Of a DNA stretch of 64,000 nucleotides, positions 12,273 to 25,028 are shown piece after piece (the first letter of the stretch is position 1; each line of letters opens with the position of its first letter). This DNA comes from Octopus vulgaris. Lineage: Eukaryota. The notes under the pieces are model-generated. The model made no database searches. It was given only the letters and a program-made list of their open reading frames with translations, and had not been told where the DNA came from. The position numbers were made by a program, and so were the translations under genes. Where the stretch lies: NCBI GenBank assembly GCA_951406725.2, contig OX597820.1, forward strand, positions 94,364,001 to 94,428,000, in the 5' to 3' direction.

Positions 12273-13049
12273 TGTATAATAAAAAATTGATAGCAGGTTT
12301 TGAATTAGGTTCCAATTTGAAGCTCAGCCATTTATTCAAAACGACTATTTCACTTTCTCTATGTGTGAAATCAGTAAATGACTAGATTTAGAACACGCTC
12401 CTTAGGCACTAGAATGAGTTCAAATCTCAAAAGTGTTAACTTCGCTTTTGCTACCACGTTGGAAATGAGTAGAGTGAAAGAACATTGATAAAACAGTACC
12501 AGTAATATAAACAAATCTATTCAATAAAGCATATTCTCTACCCAAATGTAGCGAGCTGTTAGAGTTATTAGAACAACAAACAGAATGCCTTTCGGTATTC
12601 ATTCATTTTCTGTGAGTTCAAATCCCGCCAAGGTCAACTTTGTCTTTCAGCCTTTCGGGGGTCTATAACTAAAGTATTAATTCTAAGGAATAGTCGAGTC
12701 TTCTCCTTCTCTTTTTCATGCAGGTTCTCTGTTTGTCTCTCAAGAGGAAATCGACTGAATTCTGCTTGGAAAAGGACAGGCTCGGTTAGTTATAAAAAAC
12801 ATGAGGAAACAAATTAGAGGAAATCTGATTAAACGACACAATATTTATTTACTTTTCTTCCCATGCAGAGACATAGCGGTGTGGTTAAAAGGCTCGCTTT
12901 GCAACTGTGTGGTTTGGGGTTAACTCCCAAAGTGCCGCCTTTTAGGCCAGTATCTTTTACAATACCCTCAGGCAGACCAATGCTTTAATATATATATATA
13001 GATAGATAGATAGATAGATATATATATATATATACATACGTATATGTAC

Positions 13050-13682
13050 CTGGAGGACACTTGTTCTAAGCCACTTTGACTATTGCTTTCAGTTATGGTC
13101 ACCATCCAGTGTCAAGTTAATCACAGAACTTGAGGCGATCCAACGAAGCTACACGAAGAAGATAGCCTCTGTGCAGCATATAAGCTACTGGGAAAGACTC
13201 AAGAGATTAAGACTCTATTCCTTAGAGCGTAGGCGAGAAAGATATGCCATAATATACATCTGGAAGATCCTAGAAGGACTTGTCCCAAACTTTGGCTTCG
13301 AGAGTTACACAAATACTAGAACTGGGCGCCACTGCATAGTGCCAAAGACTCCAAATTTGCCACCAAGATGTAGGACAAGATACTGTGATAGCCTGGGCTT
13401 CAGAGGCCCACAGCTCTTCAATATCCTCCCGAAGAACCTGAGAGACCTGCATGGGGTGGATGCAGATGTCTTTAAAATAAAACTGGATCTCTTCCTGTCA
13501 GGTGTCCCTCATGGCAGGAGGTACAAATGAGGGCAGCTGCATCGAACTCTCCCATGCACCAAATGGCAATTGCTAAAAAGCATTCGTGAAGTAAAATCAT
13601 GCAGCAACACCAAATGGCGGTGCCCCAGCATGGCCACAGCTCGTGAGCTGAAACTAGATAAAATAAAATAAAATTAAAAAAA
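13050..13682 (+). mobile_element. CR1/L2-group LINE, 5'-truncated 3' end
   Basis: Peptide LVLSHFDYCFQLWSP...LEAIQRSYTKKI...SYWERLKRLRLYSLERRRERYAIIYIWKILEGLVPN (RT thumb and C-terminus), 3'UTR stem-loop and (TAAAA)n tail. Confidence 0.85.
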
Positions 13683-13699
13683 TACGTGTGTTCATATAT

Positions 13700-13970
13700 A
13701 TGTATGCATATGTGGGCACAGGACGTCATGAAACGTGTACAGAAAGAAAGTACGAGTACAGGGAATATGAACTATTTTTCGAACAACGAAAGAGATAAAT
13801 GGAAATGCTCGAAATACGAGAGTAGAAAAACAGTCAACAACTGATGAAGAGTTGTTCTTTATGTTGTTTGTCTTGTTTTCCATTTGTGTCTTTCGTTGTT
13901 CGAAAAAGTACTCGTACTTCATATTTCTTGTACACGTTTCATGACGTCCTGTGCCCCCCCCCCATATGCA
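13700..13970. repeat. Inverted repeat pair (arms about 100 bp); the right arm is related to 41145-41300
   Basis: GGGCACAGGACGTCATGAAACGTGTACA...TTCGAACAACGAAAG versus CTTTCGTTGTTCGAA...TGTACACGTTTCATGACGTCCTGTGCCC. Confidence 0.8.
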
Positions 13971-14753
13971 TATATATACGTATAGATGTAAGTATGTACA
14001 TATTCGTATGTATATATGCATATATATATATATATATATATATTATTATTATTATTATTATCATTTATATTATTATGTGATTGAATGCCACGCATCCTAC
14101 TCCAAGTAAGTTTATATATATATGTGTGTGTGTGTGCGCGCGCGCGCATCTTTGTGTGTGTGTGTGTATGTACGTATGTATGTATATATTCGACCTAAAT
14201 GAATCTGATTAATATTATTTAAGATGTATAGAAATATATTTCGATAGTTGTAGATTCTATTTACTTAATTATTTTGTCTGTTATAATTTTGTTGTGATTT
14301 CTTTTTTGTTATGCAGTTGAAAAGTTAACGCATAACAAAAAAAAAAAATCTGATGGTCTGGTCGGTCACGTGGACTGGAGCAACGTGAAATATAGAATCT
14401 TGCTTAAAGCCACAACGCGCTACCGAGAATCGAACGCACGACCTTACGATCGTAAGCCAAATACCCCTCACCACCAAGCCACTCGGTTGCACATAAAGTC
14501 ACAAGATACTGTTCTAAAATCCCACGCATGACTGCCTACGTTATTTTCTATTACACGATTTAGATCAAATAAGTTTTCACAAACGCCTAGAATCCATCAA
14601 TTAACTATAACCTCCTTAAATTAGAGAAATTGCCATGTATTTAATTACTACGTCGAAACTCTTTCTATAAGTTTTTTTTAAAATTTGTTTTTAATGGGTT
14701 AAGATTTTTGTTCTATATTTATCATTTGTTTCATTTTATGTTATCAGGCCACC

Positions 14754-14814
14754 ATGCTGTGTTCATCCTTCATATTCTGGATAGTTCTCTCTATTCTACA
14801 TACCCAAGCATTTG
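14754..14814 (+). CDS. Multi-CUB-domain secreted/cell-surface protein, coding exon 1 (signal peptide MLCSSFIFWIVLSILHTQAF-G)
   Basis: Acceptor ttatcAG at 14746-14747, then GCCACCATG (Kozak context). Hydrophobic 20-aa leader, donor G|GTGAGT at 14815, phase 1 matching the next exon. The acceptor implies an upstream 5'UTR exon that I could not locate. Confidence 0.75.
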
Positions 14815-14915
14815 GTGAGTTAATTAGTTATTTATTTCACCTATTTCTTTCTTGTAAATGTGTGCGCGTACATGTATGTGAGTGTACGTGGTGTCGATAT
14901 ATAATACGTATGTAT

Positions 14916-14961
<46 letters not shown>

Positions 14962-15221
14962 AAATGCTTGTTTTATATCAGGTTAACTATTATATAAAAT
15001 CCGTTCTGTCTGTGTGTGTGGCTTCTAGGATCTCGGGCATCCTCCATCCGATTGCACTCAAATTTGATATGTAGATACCGACGGTATCGGGGCTGATATT
15101 CCAAGAAAAACGATTTTACTTACAAATGCACGTTCCCACGGCTTTATCGATCGCATTCTTACCTAAAATCTATTTACGTAATTTTTTCAAGACTGAATCC
15201 GAAACCATGTAGTTGGGAAGC

Positions 15222-15817
15222 AATATTGACAATATTAAAAATAAGAATTACTCCGAAGTAGCAATAGCATTACCTTTAATTCTATAATCATATACCGTCT
15301 TTTAAGACAGTAACAAGGACTCTACGATTAATCGGGAATTAATTAGTACTGCAAAACAATAGATGTGACTTATGTTTAGAAGAATTTTATGGGATTTTTG
15401 CATCTAAGGGTAATTGTAATAAATTCTAGACAGTAGCAAGCATGGAGATGCTTGTACATGAGGAAATTCACATTTGCGAAGAATAAATAAATAATTATCA
15501 AGGTTTTGAAATGATGGATTGAAAATGAATATCCAATAAGAACTTGAAATAGAGATTGTTCGTGTCTGACTTAACACAGCTCTAAATTATACAACGCAGA
15601 GATTATAAAAGAAAATCATTAAATGGCCATACCGTGGAATATCAAGTTAAGACTCTGAGGAGACAATACCGTTTTATTGTACGGTTGCAATTGCAACGAA
15701 TACTTATCGGTGCAATTGAAACATGTGGTGGTCTTAAAAGGCGATATATAATTATAGAATTAAAGGTAATGTTATTTCTATTGTGGAGTAAACTTTCTTT
15801 TTAATATTGTCAATATT
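15222..15817 (+). mobile_element. Decayed Penelope-like 3' end with inverted partial pseudo-LTR
   Basis: About 87-bp inverted arms (15222-15308 and 15731-15817). Hammerhead-like AAGACT-CTGAGGA...GAAACATGT...GGTCTT immediately before the right arm. Confidence 0.55.
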
Positions 15818-15994
15818 TATATTCCAGGAAACCTATATGGAAATATATTCAGAATTATCCAACGGAATATTTCTCTAATTTCTTAATTTATGAGACTTTT
15901 ATTGGATTTATATGTTAACTGTTGAATAACGTATTTTGAAATCCTATTTGAGAGCAAACTGGTAATCGTTTTGGGGTAATCACTTTTTATTAAT

Positions 15995-16054
<60 letters not shown>

Positions 16055-16058
16055 CTAG

Positions 16059-16102
<44 letters not shown>

Positions 16103-16555
16103 AGAGAGAGAGAGAGATAAGCATACATTCAGCATGCTTGTTGTGTGCATATACTCAGTAACTAAACCAAAGGGTACTCCTCTGCAGGATGAACTAGTAG
16201 ACACCTCTGAAACAACAGTGTTGCCCACTGGAGACTAGACAAGTTGTTTTCAGGTTGGTCCTATGGTTAGCGCTCTATGATTTCACAACAGCATGTGTAT
16301 TATATACATACTGACACTGAATGTATGCTTATTAAACGGATTTTTGTGAACTTAGTCACATGTATATATAAATACATATATTCGTACTTATAAATATGCA
16401 TGCGTTTATGTGTGCGTGTGTGTATATGAATATATATATATATATATATATGTATACATGTATATATAGGCATGCTGTATTCATAAATACATACAATTGT
16501 GTGCGTGCGCGTGTGTATGTATGTTTCCTTATGTGTATGTGGGGGTTGAATAAAT

Positions 16556-16594
<39 letters not shown>

Positions 16595-16618
16595 TACACA
16601 CAAACACACACATAGACA

Positions 16619-16650
<32 letters not shown>

Positions 16651-16687
16651 CTTATATGTATATATATATATGTAGATATATATACCC

Positions 16688-17062
16688 AGGCGTGGCTGCA
16701 TGGTAAGAAGCTTGCTTCATAACAGCATGGTTCCGGGTTCAGTCCCAAGTGTCTTCTACTATAGCCTCGGGTCACCAAAGCCTTGTGAGTGGATTTGATA
16801 GACGGAAACTGAAAGAAGCCCGTCGTATATATGTATATATTTATGTGTGTACGTGTGTGTGTTTGTGTGTCTGTTTGAACCCCCTCAACATCGCTTGACA
16901 ACTGATGCTGGTGTGTTTACGTTTCCGTAACTTAGCGGTTCGGCAATAGACACCGATAGAATAAGTACTAGGCTTACAAAGAATAAGTCCTGGCGTCGAT
17001 TTGCTCGACTAAAGGCGGTGATCCAGCATGGCCGCAGTTAAATGACTGAAACGAGTAAAAGA
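16688..17062 (+). mobile_element. SINE family A
   Basis: Family match along its length. Confidence 0.85.
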
Positions 17063-17609
17063 TGTAAAATATTTATCCATACTTACGTATGTATGTATGT
17101 ATGTATGTATGTATGTATGTATGTATGTATGTATGTATGTATGTATGTATGTATGTATGTATGTATGTATGCATGCATGCATGTATATACGTATTCAAGC
17201 AAACAATTCTCCATACTTGAGTTCACACATGAGTCAGATAGAAATCATTGAGGCAGATTTTCTATAGTCTGATGTCTGTGCCCCCGTTAACACTCTCCGA
17301 TGTTTACATATCTTAATAATTCTTCTTGGAATCTTTGGAAGCGAAGCACATATCGCTTTGATAACTGTGAAGTTCGCTTTCAACAATGATGCGATATTAA
17401 TGCAAAATGATGCAAACACACACACACACACACATACTCGCAGAACATATATGCGATGGTGTTCAAATGATAAAAATTTTGCTGTCCCGTTGCCAAAGTT
17501 GGCATGCTATAGGACTGGACCCGAAACTATGTAATTCGGAAGAAAATCTTTGAACCACACAGGCTTGACTGCACCTCCACTCACAATACCCCAACTATGC
17601 TATATATAA

Positions 17610-18150
17610 AGTTAATCCAAACATGTAAACACAAGGAGAAAACACAACAACGCGAGGACTTGGAACAAGTATAGTGTTATTAGACGCTCAGGAAAGGAAA
17701 GAAAGAAGGAGGATTTAACGTTTCGAGCGGAGCTCTTCGTCAGAAACATAGAAAAAGGAAATATCCAAGGAAGGGAAGACGGAGGAAAAAAATCGCCAAC
17801 GATACACACGCGGTCACATATTGATTGGTTGTGGGGTATCCTCGATGCCTGAACAGGCGGGCCAAGTACTGTGACTGGGTCTCGAAATCCTGGTCACGGC
17901 TGCACAAGCGTCAAAGGCGGAGGAACTGGAATAGAGGATGGCCCGTTTGGTGTGGAAGGGATGGGAGGAGGAGAAGTTGAGGTAGAGGTGGGAATCTGTG
18001 GGTTTGAAGAAGGCGGAGGTGGTGAGAGAGTGGGAGGGGGTGGACAGAGAGATTTCGAGGAAGTTAACAGAGGTGTCAGAGATAGTAGAAGTGAAATTGA
18101 GAGAAGGATAGAAGTTGGAGAGGAATGAGATGAAGTGGCTGAGTTGTTCA
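17610..18150 (-). mobile_element. Penelope-like element fragment: RT piece (17820-18150) joined to pseudo-LTR (17610-17819)
   Basis: Peptide [30 protein letters not shown]...KPTDSHLYLNFSSSHPFHTKRAILYS then (frameshift) QFLRL*RLCS...FRHRGYP, the Penelope RT thumb signature. Confidence 0.85.
17713..17747 (-). ncRNA. Minimal hammerhead ribozyme (Penelope type)
   Basis: TTT-CTGACGA-A-GAGC-TCC-GCTC-GAAAC-GTT-AAA: intact core, extra A before helix II, loopless ACGT helix III (dimer-dependent). Confidence 0.7.
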
Positions 18151-18180
18151 CACAACACACATACACACAAATATATACAT

Positions 18181-18238
<58 letters not shown>

Positions 18239-19167
18239 TCACATGCATACACACCCAAGTTTGTGTATGTATATATGTATCGGCAGCGTTTTTTCATGTA
18301 GTGTTATGTTATGTATGTGTGTGTGAGTGATTCTCTGTGTGTGTGTACGTGTGTAAGTGTAAGTGAGTGAGTCTGTACGTGTGAGTGATTTTCTGTGTGT
18401 TCGCGTGCCTGCATGCGTGTATGTGTGCTTGCATGCGTGTGTATGTTGTTTATAATTCATTTCCTGTATTATTAGAATCTATTTGTATGAATCAGTCGAA
18501 TATCTAAACCTCTGAAACAGGGTTGACTAAACATTATTACATTGGGCAAACTGGAACATAGTTTTTATAATAATTACTGCCATATGTTTTAAGTGAAATG
18601 TTGCTACTTTTAATAAGTAGAGTGGAAAATGTGAAATAGTTAGAAATAATATAAATGTATATTAGTAGAACAGCGTGAGTGTATGTTCCTGCAGTTGACA
18701 TGCTCTTATCTCCTTTTTCATTTTTAATCCGTCTGTTGTTTATATAGTTTAACTCCTTACCAACCAAGTCCTAGTTAGCAGCAATATTTTGGCTTTGCTG
18801 ACGAATGAATTCCTCAGAGATGTAACTCCACTTTTCCCCTATATAAATACAATAAAATTATATTTAACGTTTATTTGCTTGTCTGTTAAAAATGCATAAC
18901 ATTTACATGTGTGTACACACACACACCATGCGCGTGCGCACACGCACATCTTTTACATGTTTCAGTTATTAGACTGCGGCCATGCTAAGAAACCGCCTTG
19001 AAGAATTAGTCGAAAGAATCGACCCCAGTACATTTTTAAAGCCTAATACTTAGTCTATCGATATCTTTGGCCGACCCACTAGATTACTGAGACGTAAACA
19101 CATCAAGTCCTGCTATCAAGCCGTGGTGAGGAAAGAAACACTGATAAAACACCCACCCACATATCTA

Positions 19168-19251
<84 letters not shown>

Positions 19252-19404
19252 TTTGAGGGAATATTAATCCTAACTTAAAGGGAAAAAATTCAATTTAGAA
19301 ATACTAAATCAAATTTCACACAATATAATATATATATAAAAATTAGAAAAAAAATACTTTTATCAATTCAAAATGAACAATTAAATTACACCATCTAGAA
19401 AATT

Positions 19405-19646
19405 ACATATAATAGAAATATTAAAATTAAAATAACAATAGAATACCAATGATTAAGTAAATTGCAAAAAAAATGATAAAAACGTATATAATTGGTAGAA
19501 CAACGACACGTGTTTCGTGGCTATATTTAAGAACTGATTATAGTAAAAAAATTAATAGTAGTAGTAAAATCACTTCGATATAAATATAGCCACTCATCAG
19601 GTTAAAAATAAACTAGAATAATAAAATAATTAATTAATAAATATAC

Positions 19647-19678
<32 letters not shown>

Positions 19679-21770
19679 TCCGCGCTAAAACTAAAACAAT
19701 ACTTAAATTGTTCAATACTTTAAAATTAATTAATATACACAATGCTAGTACAAGTCATTAAATCGTAATCAAAATGATAAATGGTTCAAATATAGACAAA
19801 CTCATTAAATAAGCTAACTATATAATTAATATACATGCGTAGTATCTATATATATAATATATCAATCTATAATAAAGTTGACTAAATATCAATTAATATA
19901 ATACCTAATTATCTTAAAATTTAATACTACATAATCATTTCTTAAATATAGCCACGAAACATGTGTCGTTATTCTACCAATTATATACGTTTTTATCATA
20001 TTTTTGCAATTTACTTAATCACTGGTATTTTATTGTTATTTTAATTTTAATATTTCTATTATATATATATTATACGGGAAAATGCGAGCATGAAAAGTAA
20101 TATTCTTAAGATTATATACCTGGAAAAGTGCAGGACAAGTTATTACACCTGAAAAAGTATAGGACATGCTATAACTTCTAGTAAAGTAAAGAATAAGAAA
20201 CTTTTTACTTAAAATATTGCAGCAATGAATGTCAGTTCTTCTAATTTATCTCTCTTTACAGTTCTCATCTTTTAAATTTATTGTCCAAAACTGTTCAGCT
20301 AATTTGTAAATTTGTCTAATTAGTCACTTTTTTCAGTATTTAAGGTAGTAGATTAGCCAAATTCTATTTAAATAAGTATAGTGTTATTTGTAAACTATAA
20401 TAAAATAAGTTTTAATATTAAAATTCTAATTTTAGCTGCAAAATGTTAGATAAAACGTTTCTTATTCTTTACTTTACTAGAAGTAATACCTTGTCCTATA
20501 CTTTTCCAGGTTTATAATCTTAAGAATATTACTTTTCATGCTCGCATTTTTCCATGTAATCCATGATTTTTCCAGGCATTGCTATTATAAGATAATAATG
20601 TGTCAATAGATAATTTAAGATTTTAATTTATGAAATATTGAAAGATAATATTTCAATTTTTCCATGTTAGTGATGATAATATTTCAATTTGTTTTCATGT
20701 TAAATTTAAATATATGTTGTGATTGAATTATTTTATATTACCCATCCACACCAAATTAATGACAGGGAATCTTGTTGCTTGCACCATGGCTCACCAAAAG
20801 TTACAAACAACAAGACCCCAAAACCATCTGTTACCAGGCTTAAGTAACCTAGATTTTGAGTTGGTGATAAATTGCACTGACTGCTGGTAATCTAGATGTA
20901 TCAATAATTATTCAATACAACAGTAATTATAAAAGCATATCAGATATGCACAAGTTAAAATTACCTACATCCCATTAATATAAATTTGATTTATGAAAAA
21001 TTCCTTTTAATTAATTAAAAAATTTAAAAAGTAAATTTAGAATATAAGCACTTTTAACCAATGCCTTTTCTGGACAGCCTTATTACATGCCGTAAGGTCT
21101 GCCCATAGAGACACAACCAAAAATGACTATATTCCTGCCCCAATAAATTTAGATGCACATATCTGAAGCATATAACATTTTAATGAACTAGCCTGATTAA
21201 ATAATTAACTAAAAGGAAAACAACTAAGAAGGAGAAGCAAAAAAGCAGAAAGCAAGTTAAAGCTGAAAGAGAAAATTAATAATAAAGTTAAACTTACCCT
21301 AATTCAACAGCATATTAAAAATAACTTTATTAAATACTTAATTAAAAAAATATAATATGCAAAAGGTTAAGTCGACCTCGGTGGAATTTCAACTCAGAAC
21401 GAAAAGACAGACGAAATACCGTGAGGAATTTCGCACGGTGCGCTAACAGAAACGTTCATTTTTTAATTATATTCTCATCTTAACATTATTGGGGCATTAC
21501 TTCTTACTTCCTCACTTACTGACAATAAATTTCATAACATTTCACCTCATAACTTTTATCTACTAATTTTTGTTCAATGCGACTAACGATTCTGAATTCC
21601 TCATGCATTTTCCTATCATTTAAGCCTTAGAAAAGTATACTTTTATTTTAAAATTTAAAAAATTATATTAATTGAAGATGAATAGGTGCCTTACTGCCCA
21701 CCTTTAGACGTGCCATATTTTGATGTAACTTTTTTTCTACTGAACCAAAATCTCAAGCTTCTTTTAGTTC
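19405..21770 (-). mobile_element. Highly decayed AT-rich Penelope-like element with nested inverted duplications
   Basis: Minus-strand remnants in the expected order: RT (FWFS...YGTSKG..AP; YGQTLRHVIRLS), GIY-YIG-like (IGQ...RI; EQFWTINLK), then pseudo-LTR with HHR. Inverted pairs at about 19405-19545/19925-20065 and 20076-20225/20433-20556. Confidence 0.55.
19501..19604 (-). ncRNA. Hammerhead ribozyme with long helix II
   Basis: AAC-CTGATGA-GTGGCTATATTTA...TAAATATAGCCAC-GAAAC-ACGT-GTC-GTT: canonical core, 13-bp helix II, palindromic ACACGTGT helix III, GUC site. Confidence 0.75.
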
Positions 21771-21839
21771 CCCTCTACCAAATCCACTCATAAGATTTTG
21801 GTCAGACCGATGTTATAGTGGAAGACACTTGTCCAAGGT

Positions 21840-22735
21840 TGATTTCTTTTTCTGATAATACAGACTTATCCAGACTAACAGTTAGGCATTTACTTACAAA
21901 ACCAAGTGTTCCAATTATTATTGGTATAAATGTAAATTCGTCATCCAGATATAGAAGCTGGAGCTTTCGAGTCAGTTGTCCATAGTTATCTTCTTTCTCT
22001 TTGACATTCAGGCGCAGGAGTGGCTGTGTGGTAAGTAGCTTGCTAACCAACCACATGGTTCCGGGTTCAGTCCCACTGCGTGGCATCTTGGGCAAGTGTC
22101 TTCTGCTATAGTCCCGGGCCGACCAATGCCTTGTGAGTGGATTTGGTAGACAGAAACTGAAAGAAGCCTGTCGTATATATGTATATATATATATGTGTGT
22201 GTATGTGTGTGTGTTTGTCCTCGTCACTTAGCGGTTCGGCAAAAGAGACCGATAGAATAAGTACTGGGCTTACAAAGAATAAGTCCAGGGGTCGATTTAC
22301 TCGACTAAAGGCGGTGCTCCAGCATGGCCGCAGTCAAATGACTGAAACAAGTAAAAGAGTAAAAGAGTAAAAGAGATATTCACATCAGTAAGACACCTTA
22401 CCTCTATGACGGTACATACTTTTTCTTGTCTGTCCCAAACAATATCCGACCTGTTATGCTTACACTTGACAGATGTTTTGATGGAAATATTCTTCCTTGT
22501 GCAGATGTTTGTGTACGTAACCAATAACAAGGGGATTCTCTATATTTATTCCAGAACAATCTTTTTTCCGAAAGGCATTATATATTGTTTTTGCGACAAT
22601 GTCACGTCGCATAGGGAGGTAGTACCTTGATGACAGTTTTAAGCAGCTGCTAATCACATGTGTGATGTCTTCCACAGAAATATGACAATCTACATTTACG
22701 GTTACATCTTGGAACTCAGAGAGCTTCGCTGTCTC
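21840..22735 (-). mobile_element. R4/Dong-type (RLE) LINE 3' fragment
   Basis: EDITHVISSC...RRDIVAK (zinc-knuckle region), HNRSDIVWDRQEKVCTVIEV (PD..D/E), FIPIIIGTLG. Confidence 0.7.
22011..22375 (+). mobile_element. SINE family A, inserted into an R4-type LINE fragment
   Basis: Interrupts the minus-strand peptide ...EVRCLTDVNI | NVKEKEDNYGQL... Confidence 0.85.
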
Positions 22736-23014
22736 TTATGTATGTATGTATGTGTGTGTGTATGTATGTGTATGCATGTATTCATGTATGTGTAAATATG
22801 CAAGGGTCCTGTAAATTTGCGCGTCATTTTAACGTCCTTCTATTTGCATAAATTTTTTTTTTAGTTATTCAAACTTCATCCCGAAATCTAATTTCATTTA
22901 GATTTCTCTCACAGTCGAAATTGTCTATAGGGAAACTAGTAACATTCTCTCTACTGAGTTAACTAGCATAATATAGCATAGAAAGCGTTAAGTCATGGTT
23001 GTTTTTATTTTCAG

Positions 23015-23102
23015 GAGAAGAAGACTGTGAATGGACTAACAGCACCACTTCGGGGTACAAATATATTCAATTTCCAGCCCAACCGAATACAAATTATAAA
23101 AA
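23015..23102 (+). CDS. CUB protein exon 2 (CUB1 N-part: GEEDCEWTNSTTSGYKYIQFPAQPNTNYK)
   Basis: tttttattttcAG acceptor, AA|GTAAGT donor, 88 nt, phase 1 to 2. Joins exon 3 as YKN-NQTCSW, the CUB Y-x-N-N-x-x-C-x-W motif. Confidence 0.8.
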
Positions 23103-23437
23103 GTAAGTGATTACATTGCTCTGGCATTAATTAAAAAATTAGCATCACTCAAATAATGGTAAACTCTTTCTTTCGCACAAATCTGTGATTTTGGGCCAAT
23201 CTTTAAAAATTGATGTTGTTGTTGATGTTGTTGTTTTCGTTGTTTTTGTTATTATTATTATTATTATTCAGTTGTTTTATTTTTATTTTTATAGCGTGCT
23301 TTCACTTCACTACCCTATACCATCTTTTTTCTGTTGTTATTCCATAATGTTGGCATAGCTTCCAATGTATGTAAGTTCCAACTCTGTCATGTCTGTGATT
23401 ATTATTATTATTATTATTATTATTAATATTATTATTA

Positions 23438-23890
23438 TTGAGTGAGAGAGGAACGCATGCCATCAGTGTCACTTGGGTACAAATATATGGAGCCAAAGAT
23501 ATTCATCACGACTACCCATCTTTTAAAAGTATACCAGGTACATGCATCACAACCATATGTACGTGATTTAGTGAGCTCATATCAAGATAAACAGTGCATG
23601 ATCTTGCAGGTGGGGGCCCAGTCACTCCGGTCGAGTAGCCTATCCCGCGCTAAAAGATTCCTGAATAAGGTTTGTTTATTGATGAACTCCTCTCGACACG
23701 TGACTATGATACCTCCCCCACCCACTATTTCTGCTCGTGATCAGAAATGCACATATCGTCAGCTACTAAGGGACATGTTTAACTAGCCAAGCAACTGACA
23801 AGCAAATCTGTGATACTGGGCAGAATATTTGCTGTAGCCATCATTTATATAACGACAAAATTTGTTTATGATAACAGTTCTAATCAATTA
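23438..23890 (-). mobile_element. Unclassified retroposon with (TAA)n tail (other copies 51711-52205 and about 33680-33870)
   Basis: About 450-bp dispersed repeat that abuts (TTA)n at the same end in two copies. Confidence 0.6.
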
Positions 23891-24414
23891 AGTTGTTGTT
23901 GTTGTTGTTTTAGGGATAATTTACGGTATTTGTTACAGACCTTTACATTCCTATTTGAAATCCCACCGAGGCCAATTTTGCTTTTCAAGGACTGAGTTAG
24001 TGAAATTTGGTTAAAAAAAAAAAAAAAAAAAAACTTGCGCAGGAGTGGCTGTGTGGTAAGTAGCTTGCTAACCAACCACATGGTTCCGGGTTCAGTCCCA
24101 CTGCGTGGCATCTTGGGCAAGTGTCTTCTGCTATATAGCCCCGGGCCGACCAAAGCCTTGTGAGTGGATTTGGTAGACGGAAACTGAAAGAAGCCTGTCG
24201 TATATATATAAATATATATATATATGTGTGTGTATTTGTGTTTGTCTCCCTAGCATTGCTTGACAACCGATGCTGGTGTGTTTACGTCCCCGTTACTTAG
24301 CGGTTCGGCAAAAAGAGACCGATAGAATAAGTACTAGGCTTACAAAGAATAAGTCCCGGGGTCGACTTGCTCGAGTAAAGGCGGTGCTCCGGCATGGCCG
24401 CAGTCAAATGACTG

Positions 24415-25028
24415 TGTAACGAGCTTAATGAGACGTGTGAATATCTTCGTGCACTTTTGGGGTGCACAAAGCAATCACTCTCACTAGCCGTTGCTTTAAC
24501 AATCCAGAATCTCTACTAGTCGGAAACAACAAGACGCTGACGTGAAATATATATATAATTACTTTATTCTCTTTCTTGGTAAACAATAACAATAAGTGTG
24601 TTATCTGATGTCCTTGATTCGGGCGCGCAAGGCTGAAAGTTAATAGATTGTAATATTTACAATGTCCAGCCCAAAAACAGAAAGGATTCAAGATGGCGTC
24701 GAACAATGGAGACGATGTTGGTCTGCAACAATTTTGGTTAAAAGTCTTCGGCCAAAGGACTGCTAGAATCTAATCCTGACGGAGAGAATATATGCGTGAC
24801 CGTCGCCGTCAATCGCTGGGTTCCCAAGTCACCGCTTGCTGGACGCTAGCGGTCAAACGTTCTACGACCCCCTTGCCTCGCTAACTGCTACGTAGGCAAT
24901 AGGGTCGTGCTACCGGTGGTTCGCGCATGCGCGAGAGAGCCTTCCTTTCTGTGCCTTGGTGAAGGCACCAACACGCGCGAAATACAAATGGGCGGTGCGC
25001 GAGCGCGCGCCGTTGTCGGATCACTACA
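24415..25028 (-). repeat. 3' LTR (614 bp)
   Basis: TGTAAC...ACTACA, direct repeat of 26574-27183. Confidence 0.92.
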
